Shown piece after piece: positions 36,884-46,375 of a stretch of DNA of 64,000 nt (positions are counted from its first letter, which is position 1; every line of letters starts with the position of its first letter). The notes below the pieces were generated by a model that saw only the letters and a list, made by a program, of their open reading frames with translations, did not search any database and was not told where the DNA came from. The DNA comes from Deltaproteobacteria bacterium (GTDB taxonomy: Bacteria; Desulfobacterota; DSM-4660; Desulfatiglandales; HGW-15), in the NCBI GenBank assembly GCA_019310485.1, contig JAFDEF010000004.1, positions 35,890-99,889 of the forward strand, given 5' to 3'. Made by a program: the position numbers and the translations under genes.

Positions 36884-37168
36884 AATAGCCTCCTGGTCGC
36901 GCTCTAGGATGCGCAATTTGCTTGACTAAAAAGAATCTGTGCTTTTCATGCAAGACCAAAATCCCCTATATCTAAGGCTGATATCCAAGTCAACTAAAAC
37001 CTAAACTAAGCGTTTCAAATTTCGGCAAGTAAAACCAATTCCCCCTGATCTACCATCAAGCCAGTATGATCTATTTTCCTGGGCTTTGAACAAGCTGCAG
37101 GCGGGTAAAGAGATTTTGCCCAGGGTTTAAGGTTTATGCGCTTTTGGGCTGTTCAGGCGAAGCACGAT

Positions 37169-38320
37169 CTATACCAGCTCAGCATAATGAGCATTTAGCG
37201 CTCTTCGGCTTAAAAGCACGGCCAAAAAGCCGGCCAGGGCTATAAGTGGAAAGAGAAATAGGGAGATTTCAAAAGAGGAGTACCTTGAAATCACGGAAAG
37301 TGCCAGAGGGATAAGAATCCCGCCACTGGGCAGGGCCAGTTTTATAATGCCTAGCACTGTGCCGGCCATGCTTTTGTATAAAATCCCGGCAAGAGCGATC
37401 AATAGGGGAAAAAGCGCTGACACTGTGAGCCCGGAAAGGAGCACCATGGCATAAGTGAGGGGTGCTGATTTTATCAAAAAGAGGCCCGTCAAAAAAAGCG
37501 TTGCCAGGCCGAAGAGAAGGATAATCAGGTCCAGTATCTTTTCTCTCCTGGCAACAAAACCGGCGCAGAGCCTTCCAAGCCCAATTCCGGAGAGAAAAAT
37601 TATAAGACCTATTTTTGAAGTGACCTGTGTCAAGCCTCTCAGCTCCATCAGAAAAGTGGTCATTATACCTATTATGCATGTCTCCAGGCCGATCGCACAA
37701 ACAGTTGCAAAATAAAAGACAAGGACTATTTTTTGCCGCTTGAGGAATCTAAATCGCTCATAGAATCCCTCGGATGTTTTTTGTGTTCCCTTGATTCTCG
37801 TTAGGCCAAAGATAAACGCAAGGCAAAGCACTATTATCCCTGATCTAATCATGCTTTGTCGCCAGTTCATTTGCAAGAAAACAAGATATAAGGTTATCAT
37901 GAGACAGCCGAAGGTCACGAAAAAGTGATTTATGTTAATGAAAAGACTTTCCTTTCCCTCGTGGAGATCAAGAAGCATCGGGTCGGTTACTCCTTCGTAG
38001 GTGCCGATTCCAGCGCCAATAAAAAACATGATAAAGAGGTTCAAATAAAACGACTGCCTTAAATAGAAGCAAAAAAAGGAAACTGCCAGAATAAAGCTCC
38101 CGATAAACAGGATCCTAGGCTTGTCAAAGGTGTCGGCAAGTGATCCCGAAATAGTAACCGAGAGCAAGAAACCGATGTTTTGAATCGAGATAAGCAAACC
38201 GATCTGGAAGGGGGTCAGGCCTATGTTGCGTGCGGCCGCACCCACGATTGTAATTCCAACCCCGAGGAAAAACATGGACAAGAACGACATTACCGTCAGT
38301 AACATTGTGCTGGCGAGCAT
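37169..38320 (-). CDS. MFS transporter (12-TM type), substrate unknown
   Basis: ORF 37169..38344. I prefer the ATG at 38320, after GGAGGAA. Hydrophobic repeats, with a DTFDKPR-type loop between TM2 and TM3. Confidence 0.8.
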   Translation of the reverse strand: MLASTMLLTVMSFLSMFFLGVGITIVGAAARNIGLTPFQIGLLISIQNIGFLLSVTISGSLADTFDKPRILFIGSFILAVSFFCFYLRQSFYLNLFIMFFIGAGIGTYEGVTDPMLLDLHEGKESLFININHFFVTFGCLMITLYLVFLQMNWRQSMIRSGIIVLCLAFIFGLTRIKGTQKTSEGFYERFRFLKRQKIVLVFYFATVCAIGLETCIIGIMTTFLMELRGLTQVTSKIGLIIFLSGIGLGRLCAGFVARREKILDLIILLFGLATLFLTGLFLIKSAPLTYAMVLLSGLTVSALFPLLIALAGILYKSMAGTVLGIIKLALPSGGILIPLALSVISRYSSFEISLFLFPLIALAGFLAVLLSRRALNAHYAELV

Positions 38321-38536
38321 ACAATTTCCTCCAATGTCCACCATTCATATCAAAACAGGTACAAAAAGCAAACTGTTATGAAGTCCAGAGCCCTGTAAGA
38401 CTCGATAATGACCTTGACAATTTCTATATTATTAACTAATTGGCGGTGTAGTCTCTGGTCGAATTAGGTAGCCCGGCCCTCAATGCAATAAACAGGGTGA
38501 GGGTATGAAAGAAAGCCGGGTGATTCCTTTTGAATT

Positions 38537-40213
38537 ATGCCACAAGAAATGAAGGGAAAATCTATGGACGTCTCAGTGAGCCCTGAGGGTGAAAAGTTTG
38601 AGCTTCCGAAGGAAGAAGACTATGCAAGGGAGTACGAAAGGCTACGATCTATTGCAAAAGAGGAGAGAGAGAAAGGGCGGGAAATTGTTGTGGTAATGGG
38701 CTTGGGGTTCGTGGGCGCCGTGATGGCTGCCGTGGTGGCCGACACGGTGGATCCTGGCAGTGGAAAGCCAAGCAAGTACGTGATCGGAATGCAAAGGCCC
38801 AGCCCGAGGAGCTTCTGGAAAATTCCCCTTCTAAACAGGGGGCTCTCGCCGGTGAAGGCCGAGGATCCAGAGGTTGCCCCGATGATAGAGCGCTGTGTAA
38901 AGGATAAAAAGACGCTAACTGCCACTTACACCTATGATGCCCTAAAACTGGCCGATCTTCTCATTGTGGATGTTCAATGTGACTTTTTGAAACAAGAGCT
39001 TGGAAACTTGAGAAGCGGCCACGCAGACATAAGCGCACTGGAGACGAGTTTCAAAGTCATAGGGGAAAAAATTAGGCCTGAGTGCCTGGTCCTGATAGAG
39101 ACTACGGTTCCTCCGGGAACCACTGAATATGTTGCTTATCCACTCATTAAGAAAGGCTTCAAGAAAAGAGGCATCAAAGAGGAGCCGCTAATAGCGCACA
39201 GTTTTGAAAGGGTTATGCCAGGAAGGGAATATGTGAAGTCCGTCAGGGATTTCTGGCGTGTTTGCAGCGGTATAAATGAGGAGAGCACAGAAAAGGTGAC
39301 TCGCTTTCTCTCAGAAGTCATAAACGTAGATCAATATCCACTAACAGTTCTTGAGAGGCCTATAGAGAGCGAAACGTGCAAAATAGTTGAAAACAGTTAC
39401 CGGGCTACGATCCTGGCATTCTTGAATGAGTGGAGCCTATTTGCGGAGACAAACGGAGTAGATCTGATTAAGGTGGTCAATGCAATCAAAATGCGTCCCA
39501 CCCACAGCAACATTATCTTCCCGGGGCCGGGTATTGGAGGGTACTGTCTTCCGAAGGACGGGGGCTTAGGTCTTTGGGCTTACCGGCACCTTCTGGGGTT
39601 TGACAACGAGATATTCAGGATTACGCCTGAGGCAATTAATATTAATGATACTAGGGCATTGCATGCAGCCCAGCTTGTCCGGGATGCGATGAGGAACATG
39701 GGCCGGATCGTGGCTGCATCGCAGATCACTGTTCTCGGGGCATCTTATAGGGAAGGTGTTGGAGACACCCGCTATAGCGGATCAGAAATTATTGTTCGAA
39801 AACTGACTGAAATGGGAGCAGAGGTCAAGGCCCATGACCCGTATGTGGAACACTGGTGGGAGCTTGAAAAGCAGGATACATACCCTGCTGCGGGAACTAG
39901 CTGGAAACGTTTCTTTCGCAACCAGGAGCATCTTTCGGAATTCCGGATGACACACGATCTGGCGGACGCTCTGAAAGACTCAGATGCAATCGTTTTTGCT
40001 GTGCGGCACAGCGAATACCTTAATCTGGATCCCGATGAGGTGGTTAAGATGGCAGGGGACAGGGTCGCAATTGTAGACTGCTTCGGGATATTCGAGGATT
40101 GGAAGATAGAAAGGTATTTTGAGCTTGGATGCGAGGTGAAAGGCCTGGGACGGGGGCACATCAACAGGATAAAAGACAGGGTCCGCAAAAGGAAACTGGG
40201 CGAGGAATCCTGA
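38537..40213 (+). CDS. UDP-glucose/GDP-mannose dehydrogenase-family nucleotide-sugar dehydrogenase with N- and C-terminal extensions
   Basis: 558 aa. Rossmann VVVMGLGFVGAVMAAVVAD and catalytic-Cys motif GPGIGGYCLPKDG. The start is uncertain; an ATG at 38564 has a better SD (GAAGGGA). Confidence 0.8.
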   Translation: MPQEMKGKSMDVSVSPEGEKFELPKEEDYAREYERLRSIAKEEREKGREIVVVMGLGFVGAVMAAVVADTVDPGSGKPSKYVIGMQRPSPRSFWKIPLLNRGLSPVKAEDPEVAPMIERCVKDKKTLTATYTYDALKLADLLIVDVQCDFLKQELGNLRSGHADISALETSFKVIGEKIRPECLVLIETTVPPGTTEYVAYPLIKKGFKKRGIKEEPLIAHSFERVMPGREYVKSVRDFWRVCSGINEESTEKVTRFLSEVINVDQYPLTVLERPIESETCKIVENSYRATILAFLNEWSLFAETNGVDLIKVVNAIKMRPTHSNIIFPGPGIGGYCLPKDGGLGLWAYRHLLGFDNEIFRITPEAININDTRALHAAQLVRDAMRNMGRIVAASQITVLGASYREGVGDTRYSGSEIIVRKLTEMGAEVKAHDPYVEHWWELEKQDTYPAAGTSWKRFFRNQEHLSEFRMTHDLADALKDSDAIVFAVRHSEYLNLDPDEVVKMAGDRVAIVDCFGIFEDWKIERYFELGCEVKGLGRGHINRIKDRVRKRKLGEES

Positions 40214-40434
40214 GCATCTTTTCTTGACTTTGCCACTTTTCCAAGCTAAAGTTGAGGCACTTGCAGGAAGCAGCTTCCCGGTTTTGACGCAGCATTGCCG
40301 CTGCCTGGCATTAACTCTTTTCTGACAATGTTTGTTTTTCAAAGGGGTGTGGCCGTTCAAGGACAAGCTCGGAATTGCCATGCGGTTTAGAGCGGCCAAC
40401 AAGGTGTAAATACCTATCAAGAAAGGAGGAAGTT

Positions 40435-41658
40435 ATGAAGAAGGCCATCATTATCTTGAGTGTTCTGATCTTCTCGTTTGGATTTGTTTCAGGTGCGCTT
40501 GCACAAGAGGTGAGGGTAGGAACTCTTCTGGCTCACACGGGCCCACTAAAGGAGTTTGGCCCTGCCATCCAGAACGGAGTTGTTCTTGCTGTAAAGCAAA
40601 TGGCTGCTGCCGGCTTTAACATCAAGCTCATACACGAGGACAGCGAGACATCGGCGATTCCGGCCACCAATGCAGCCAAGAAGCTGGTTGAAGTGGACAG
40701 GGTGGTGGCTATCATAGGTGCACTTGCTAGTGGCGTGACTGTACCAGTGGCAGAGTCCGTGACCTGCTCTGACGGCGTGATTCTCATGTCGCCTGCTTCA
40801 ACATCGCCCCTGATCACAGTTCTTCCCGCAGACCAGGGAAGGGATTATCTGTTCAGAACCTGCCCTTCGGACGCATTGCAAGGGGTCATTGCAGGCAAGT
40901 TAGCGGCAAGCTACAACAAGACGGCATCAGTGCTTTATGTAAATAATCCTTATGGGCAGGGTCTGGCCCAGCAGTTCAAGAGGTCCTTTGAAAAGCGGCG
41001 CGGAAAAGTGCTTGCCATGGTTCCCCACGACGAGAAGGCTGCCGAGTCCTACACCGCAGAACTTAAGAAAGCTCTTGCAGGAAATCCAGACCGGCTTTGC
41101 GCGTTCAGCTACCCGGAACATGCCAAGGTATACTTGAAGGAAGCAATAGAGTTCTTCCACTATAGAAGGTTCCTGTTTTGCGACGGCACCAAATCAAATG
41201 ACATTATTAAAGCTGTGGGGGCAAGGAATCTTGAAGGCCAAATGGGAACAGCGCCGGGAAGCGCAGGAGGGGAGCCCTACGTAATTTTCAGTGCGGACTA
41301 CAAGGTGGAGTTCGGAACATTGCCTCCTCTTCCCTTTATTACTAATGCCTATGACGGAATGGCTGTCATAGGGCTGGCTGCCTATGCGGCCAAAGTCAAG
41401 GGACTTCCACTGACTGCAAAAAATATCAGGGATAATTTACGGTATGTGGCGAATCCTCCGGGCGTTGTTGTCAAACCAGGTGAATTTAAGAAGGCCTTTG
41501 AGTTGCTTGACAAGGGTAAAGAGATCAACTATGAGGGCGCTGCAGGCTCGGTCAATTTCGATAAGAACGGAGACGTCATAACACCCATCGAGGTCTGGAA
41601 ATACCACAAGGGTAAAATCGTGACCGTCAGGGTGGAATACGAGGTGCCCAAGGAATAA
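40435..41658 (+). CDS. Periplasmic substrate-binding protein, LivK/type-I
   Basis: ATG at 40435 after AAAGGAGGA. Signal peptide MKKAIIILSVLIFSFGFVSGALAQE. Peripla_BP_6-like body. Confidence 0.85.
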   Translation: MKKAIIILSVLIFSFGFVSGALAQEVRVGTLLAHTGPLKEFGPAIQNGVVLAVKQMAAAGFNIKLIHEDSETSAIPATNAAKKLVEVDRVVAIIGALASGVTVPVAESVTCSDGVILMSPASTSPLITVLPADQGRDYLFRTCPSDALQGVIAGKLAASYNKTASVLYVNNPYGQGLAQQFKRSFEKRRGKVLAMVPHDEKAAESYTAELKKALAGNPDRLCAFSYPEHAKVYLKEAIEFFHYRRFLFCDGTKSNDIIKAVGARNLEGQMGTAPGSAGGEPYVIFSADYKVEFGTLPPLPFITNAYDGMAVIGLAAYAAKVKGLPLTAKNIRDNLRYVANPPGVVVKPGEFKKAFELLDKGKEINYEGAAGSVNFDKNGDVITPIEVWKYHKGKIVTVRVEYEVPKE

Positions 41659-41686
41659 AAGTCTAGGCGCTCATAATTTAACAAGC

Positions 41687-41716
41687 AAAAAGGGAGCTCT
41701 TGTAAGCTCCCTTTTT
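41687..41716. terminator. Bidirectional rho-independent terminator between convergent genes
   Basis: AAAAAGGGAGCT cttgta AGCTCCCTTTTT is a perfect 12-bp stem flanked by A-run and T-run. Confidence 0.8.
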
Positions 41717-41762
41717 GTGGTGGGCAAGGAGACGCATGGGGTACCGGGAAAGGGGGGATAGG

Positions 41763-42734
41763 CTATTCTTCAAGTAATTTAGATACCCGTTTTTCCTCTC
41801 CCAGCATGCCTTGAGGTCTGTATATTAAGATAATTTCCAGGAGAATCCCTATTAAAAGGAAACGAATGTAAGGGGCCCTGGCCTTCAGCGTGTAAGGCAG
41901 AAGATCAGTCATGAAACTCGTTCCTATCCATATGCCCCATATCACATAAGCCCCGAGGATGGCTCCCTTGTTGTTGCCGCTTCCCCCTGCCATCAACATT
42001 ACCCAAATAATAAAGGTGCCGTAAAGCGGCGTGAAGACATCCGGAGAAATGGACTTGGTATAATGGGCATACAGGGCACCTCCAACTCCCATCACCATGG
42101 AGCCAAAAATAAGGGATTGCATTTTGAAGTGAAAAATATCTTTTCCACTCATGGAAGCGGATATCTCATCTTCCCTGATTGCCCTCAGTACCCTCCCCCA
42201 GGGAGATCGGATGGCCCGTTCGATAAGCAGGTAGATGAAGAGCATAATGATCACTACAACTATCAGATAGATATAATTGTAGTGCTTGGCGCTAACAATT
42301 CCCTGCAAAGGCTGGGGCAGACCCATGAGGCCTCTTGGTCCATTGGCCAGCCAGTGCTCGTTGTTAAAAATCAGCCTGAAGGTTTCAGCAATACCAAGGG
42401 TTGCAATAGCAAGGTAATCCTCCCTGAGCTTAAGGGTAGGAATGCCGATCAGAAAGCCTATGATTCCGCATACCGCGGCAGCACCCAGCAGCCCGACCAC
42501 GAAAGGCAGATTAAGCCCGAAGATTTGATTAACATACTGGGCGTAGATTCCGGTTGGTTTCGGGGTTGTAAGCATAGCCGAAGTGTAGGCGCCCACGCAG
42601 AAAAAACCAGCGATTCCTATATTAAAAAGGCCCGTATAACCCCACTGGATGTTTAGTCCCAGGCAAAACACGGCATATATGCTGGCCATGATTGCCAGGG
42701 AGACCAGGTATGCAATAAAGCCCCCCAGTTCCAT
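41763..42734 (-). CDS. Branched-chain-amino-acid-type ABC permease, LivM-like
   Basis: 323 aa, a polytopic BPD_transp_2-type protein (GYTGLFNIGIAGFFCVGAYTSA). Confidence 0.9.
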   Translation of the reverse strand: MELGGFIAYLVSLAIMASIYAVFCLGLNIQWGYTGLFNIGIAGFFCVGAYTSAMLTTPKPTGIYAQYVNQIFGLNLPFVVGLLGAAAVCGIIGFLIGIPTLKLREDYLAIATLGIAETFRLIFNNEHWLANGPRGLMGLPQPLQGIVSAKHYNYIYLIVVVIIMLFIYLLIERAIRSPWGRVLRAIREDEISASMSGKDIFHFKMQSLIFGSMVMGVGGALYAHYTKSISPDVFTPLYGTFIIWVMLMAGGSGNNKGAILGAYVIWGIWIGTSFMTDLLPYTLKARAPYIRFLLIGILLEIILIYRPQGMLGEEKRVSKLLEE

Positions 42735-43654
42735 TATGCGCTCTTACCTCCGAATATGCCTCTCGGCCTAACCAAAAGTATAATAATCATGATAATGAAG
42801 GCCACAGCGGGCTTGTAAGTTGGCATTAGAAAGGCCGTTGAAACCTGCTGGGCCACCCCTATGATCAGGCCCCCGAGCAGCGCACCGTATATATTCCCAA
42901 TGGTACCAAGGATTGCGGCTGCAAACAGGGGAATGAGAAAGTTCCACCCCATTGAGGGTTGCAATTGAACGTCTATTCCGTAAAGAATGCCCCCGGCAGC
43001 AGCCAGGGCTCCGCCTATCCCCCACGTCCATATAATGATTCGCTCTGTGTCAATGCCTGAAACCAGGGCCAACTGCATGTTGTCGGCAGTTGCCCTCATT
43101 GCCTTTCCCATTTTTGTGCTCTGCAAGAAAAGGTGCAGAAAAATAATAAGGGAGAAAGCTATGATAACAATCAAAACCTGGTCTGGCCTGATTTTGATTC
43201 CAAGAGGAAGATCCATGGCAGGGCGAAGCATGCCGGGCCTGTAAAATAAGGAATCAGCTCCCCACACGATAAGGATGACCATCCGTAAAATAAAAGCTGC
43301 ACCCAAGGAGGACATGGCGAAAATTACCGCCCCGCTTCCCTTTGAGCGAAGTTTTCTGTACAAAATGCGATCAAAGATAATCGCCACGCATGCCACTGCC
43401 ACCATGGAGATAGGGAAAGCGATCAGCATACGCCACCCAAAAGAAAAAGGCCCGAAGTTGGTATCGGGGATGCCCACCCATGCAAGGAAATCGGTTACCA
43501 CAAACAAGGCCACGTAAGCGCCGGCGGACATCAAATCTCCATGGGCAAAATTAGCGAACCGGATAATCCCGTACACCAGCGTCAGGCCGATCGCGCCTAA
43601 AGCGATGATACTACCAAGCACAATCCCATAGGTAATGAGTTCCGGCATTCTCAC
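42734..43654 (-). CDS. Branched-chain-amino-acid-type ABC permease, LivH-like
   Basis: 306 aa. GLTLVYGIIRFANFAHGDLMSAGAY is the LivH N-terminal signature. Confidence 0.9.
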   Translation of the reverse strand: MRMPELITYGIVLGSIIALGAIGLTLVYGIIRFANFAHGDLMSAGAYVALFVVTDFLAWVGIPDTNFGPFSFGWRMLIAFPISMVAVACVAIIFDRILYRKLRSKGSGAVIFAMSSLGAAFILRMVILIVWGADSLFYRPGMLRPAMDLPLGIKIRPDQVLIVIIAFSLIIFLHLFLQSTKMGKAMRATADNMQLALVSGIDTERIIIWTWGIGGALAAAGGILYGIDVQLQPSMGWNFLIPLFAAAILGTIGNIYGALLGGLIIGVAQQVSTAFLMPTYKPAVAFIIMIIILLVRPRGIFGGKSA

Positions 43655-44355
43655 CCCCCCAAATACAGGCGGCCGATTTCTTCATCCGCCAGCAGGACCT
43701 CTCCTTTGTCATCCATCACGTTCCTACCCATGGCAAGCACGTAGGCATGGTGGGCCATTTTTAGAGCCTCCCTGGCATTTTGTTCCACGATCACTATGAC
43801 CACTCCTGTGGCATTGATTTCTTTGACCTTTTCAAAGATGTCTGCCACAAGCAGTGGAGCGAGTCCGGCAGAAGGTTCGTCCAGGAGAAGAACCTGGGGG
43901 TCCAGCATCAGGGCTCTTCCCATGGCAACCATCTGTCTTTGGCCTCCAGAAAGTTGCCCGGCCTTATCCTTTTTGCGCTCTCTCATCACCGGGAATAGAT
44001 CATAGACTTCCTCAAGTCTCTGGCTGAAGTCGTCGGTTCTGATAAAGGCACCCATCTCCAGGTTTTCCTGAATGGTGAGAGAGGGGAATACATTGTCTAC
44101 CTGGGGCACATAGCTGATGCCTTTTCTGGCTATTCTGTCAGGCTTGAGGCCGGTAATATCTTCGTCGTTCAGGATTATTTTTCCCTGGTGGGGTTTCAGG
44201 AGACCGAAGATTGCTTTCAACAAGGTTGACTTTCCGGCACCGTTTGGGCCGATAATAGAGACGATTTCTCCGGATTTGGCCTCCATGCTTACGCCGTGAA
44301 GTATGTCTACGGCAGTGTATCCTACAGTAACATTTTCCACTTTCAGAACGATCAT
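43651..44355 (-). CDS. ABC ATPase, LivF-like
   Basis: 234 aa. GPNGAGKSTLLK, LSGGQRQMVAMGRAL, LLLDEPSAGLAP. Confidence 0.9.
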   Translation of the reverse strand: MIVLKVENVTVGYTAVDILHGVSMEAKSGEIVSIIGPNGAGKSTLLKAIFGLLKPHQGKIILNDEDITGLKPDRIARKGISYVPQVDNVFPSLTIQENLEMGAFIRTDDFSQRLEEVYDLFPVMRERKKDKAGQLSGGQRQMVAMGRALMLDPQVLLLDEPSAGLAPLLVADIFEKVKEINATGVVIVIVEQNAREALKMAHHAYVLAMGRNVMDDKGEVLLADEEIGRLYLGG

Positions 44356-45128
44356 CTATACTGTCCGCCCAGGTAAGCCTCTAGAACCTTTTTGTTTCTC
44401 TTGATTTCTTCAGGTGTTCCTTCAGCCAGTTTCTTGCCTTCGCTCATCACAATCACCGGGTTGCAGAGATTCATGACAAGATCCATGTCATGCTCGATCA
44501 ACAGAAATGTTATGCTTTTTTCTTCGCAAAGTTTCCTTATGTTATCAATAAGCTTGCCCATCAAGGTGCGGTTTACCCCTGCTCCCGGCTCGTCAAGGAG
44601 AACCATCCTGGGATCAGCCATCATGCTTCTGGCAAGTTCAAGAAGCTTTTTTTGTCCTCCAGATAGTGAGCCCGCATACTCGTCTTTGAGATCAATAAGT
44701 TCGACAAATTCAAGAACTTCGAGTGCTTTTTCCTTGATGGCTTTCTCCTGCTTTTTGACCGCTCCTTGTCGGAACCAAGTATTCCAGATCTTTTCTCCAA
44801 CCTGGTGCTCGGGTATAAGCATCAGGTTTTCAAGAACAGTCATTTGGGCGAATTCACGTGTGATCTGAAATGTCCGGTAGATTTTCTTCTTAAATATGTG
44901 GTGTGGAGGCAGCCCGTTTATTTCCTCCCCCTGGAAAAATATCTTGCCCTTGTCCGGCTTGTAGTGACCCGTAATGACATTAAAAAGAGTTGTTTTTCCG
45001 GCTCCGTTAGGGCCAATTAGGCCTGTAATTGAACCCTCTTTCACATCCAGGGAGCAATTGCAAACGGCCATAAGGCCCCCGAAACTTTTGTCAACTTCCT
45101 TTATTTCAAGCATGCTTTTTTCTGCCAT
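44352..45128 (-). CDS. ABC ATPase, LivG-like
   Basis: GPNGAGKTTLFN, LSGGQKKLLELARSM, VLLDEPGAGVN, and a C-terminal BCA_ABC_TP_C-like tail (EAYLGG). The start is ambiguous: TTG at 45140 or ATG at 45128. Confidence 0.9.
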   Translation of the reverse strand: MAEKSMLEIKEVDKSFGGLMAVCNCSLDVKEGSITGLIGPNGAGKTTLFNVITGHYKPDKGKIFFQGEEINGLPPHHIFKKKIYRTFQITREFAQMTVLENLMLIPEHQVGEKIWNTWFRQGAVKKQEKAIKEKALEVLEFVELIDLKDEYAGSLSGGQKKLLELARSMMADPRMVLLDEPGAGVNRTLMGKLIDNIRKLCEEKSITFLLIEHDMDLVMNLCNPVIVMSEGKKLAEGTPEEIKRNKKVLEAYLGGQYR

Positions 45129-45345
45129 CGCTACATCCAAGTACTATAAGAACCATGAAAAGCAACCTGTTAACTCTACCACCTACAAGCCCGTACCCAG
45201 AACCCGGCCCTCTGTCGGAAAACAGTATTTCGGCCACTTGCGCGAGAATAAAGGAAAATAAGAGTGGGTGTCAAGTTCCCATTTCGACACTAAAAACCAG
45301 AACCACTCGCGCAGGCTCGTACCCACTGATCAATTTCCATGGTTC

Positions 45346-45522
45346 CTAGTCCACAAGATAATCTTTGAGTTTTTCCTGAAGGGAGTCAGGCCATTCATCG
45401 CTGTAAAGGAAGGCCTTTATCTCCTCTCTGGAAAGTGACTGTACTATTTCTGCGGGTAACTTTCTTAGAGCTTCGAGTTTCCTTTGATCAGGTGGTTGCT
45501 CGGATGATCCTTTTTTCTCCAT
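45346..45522 (-). CDS. Small hypothetical protein (58 aa), below the ORF-track cutoff
   Basis: Own translation: MEKKGSSEQPPDQRKLEALRKLPAEIVQSLSREEIKAFLYSDEWPDSLQEKLKDYLVD. The ATG is preceded by AAAGGAGAG at good spacing. No family recognised. Confidence 0.5.
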   Translation of the reverse strand: MEKKGSSEQPPDQRKLEALRKLPAEIVQSLSREEIKAFLYSDEWPDSLQEKLKDYLVD

Positions 45523-45618
45523 TCGGTCTCTCCTTTTTGCCTACCATTACACATTGCTTAACGATATTCAACCCTACCATAAAACTCTTCACACACTGCC
45601 TGATTGAGCCAATACTGA

Positions 45619-46352
45619 GCACGACCCACAGAATCTACCAGTGCCCGGGTGGCATGGAAACTCAAGAAAATGGGATATTCGAAAATATATTGCCTCAAGG
45701 GGGGCTTCAGGGAATGGGTCAAGTCGGGATTTCCGGTAGAAGAAAAGTGGACCATAAGAAAGGAATGCGTTACCTGCCACAGTGAGGTAACCCCAGCCAT
45801 TGTGTGAGACTGGAAGCTGAGCGAGCACAGCAAGTACGAGGTAACATGTTCTGTATGCCACGGGGAAAAGCACTCGACCGAAGAAGACGTTGAAAAAGCT
45901 CAGCCCGTGACACCGGATCGATGTGCCATGTGCCACCAGGTGCAGGGAGATCAATTTAAGGCCGGAAAACATGCCCCAGCATGGTCGTCAATGAAAGCAA
46001 TGCCCACGGCTCACTGGCAGCCTATGGCCATGATGGAGGGAATGAAGGGGTGCGGGAGGACGGGGATGGTAAATAAAGTTTTTTTCCGCTTTTTCGCACG
46101 GGGTTCAATGCCCCGTGCGAAATTCCACAGGGTTTACTCACATTTCACGACGCGCCCTCGCCCATAGAAATCAAGCTTTTCCTGATGTTCTCGAAATACC
46201 GGATGCGCACTTTCCAGGGCACTTTTCATGCTAATCCAGATTATGCCTTCTGGTATGGCTGGAGCAAGATGGTGCAAGTGCTGACTGAAATCAGGGCAAT
46301 GGCTGAAGACCTGCGCCAAAAAGCACGCGCTAAGAAAAAAGCCGCTCAATAA
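45619..46352 (+). pseudogene. Decayed rhodanese-domain / multihaem cytochrome c gene remnant
   Basis: One frame reads ...VAWKLKKMGYSKIYCLKGGFREWVKSGFPVEEKWTIRKECVTCH SEVTPAIV-TGA-DWKLSEHSKYEVTCSVCHGEKH...DRCAMCHQVQGDQFKAGKH...GMKGCG. That gives three CxxCH haem motifs (45766, 45847, 45922) with an in-frame TGA at 45805. Upstream stops lie at 45601 and 45616, and there is no signal peptide. Similarity is lost at about 46060, where the repeat copy sits. A C-terminal piece continues in another frame (...TFHANPDYAFWYGWSKMVQVL...AAQ*). Confidence 0.6.
46086..46139 (+). repeat. Dispersed short repeat, copy 1 (contains 9-bp-stem hairpin CGCACGGGG/CCCCGTGCG)
   Basis: ccgctttttcgcacggggttcaatgCCCCGTGCGAAATTCCACAGGGtttactc. 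Its 26-nt stretch AATGCCCCGTGCGAAATTCCACAGGG is identical, in reverse complement, to 58400-58425. Confidence 0.8.
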
Positions 46353-46375
46353 AAGGGCACTGCCAGAGGGGAAAC

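Noticed and set aside
45805-45807. In-frame TGA between two haem-binding motifs as a selenocysteine codon.
   Set aside because: The surrounding gene has additional lesions: two more TGAs at 45601 and 45616, a frame change in the rhodanese active-site region, no signal peptide, and loss of similarity at 46060. The TGA does not replace a position where I expect Cys. Pseudogene decay is the simpler reading. Not fully excluded without a SECIS search.
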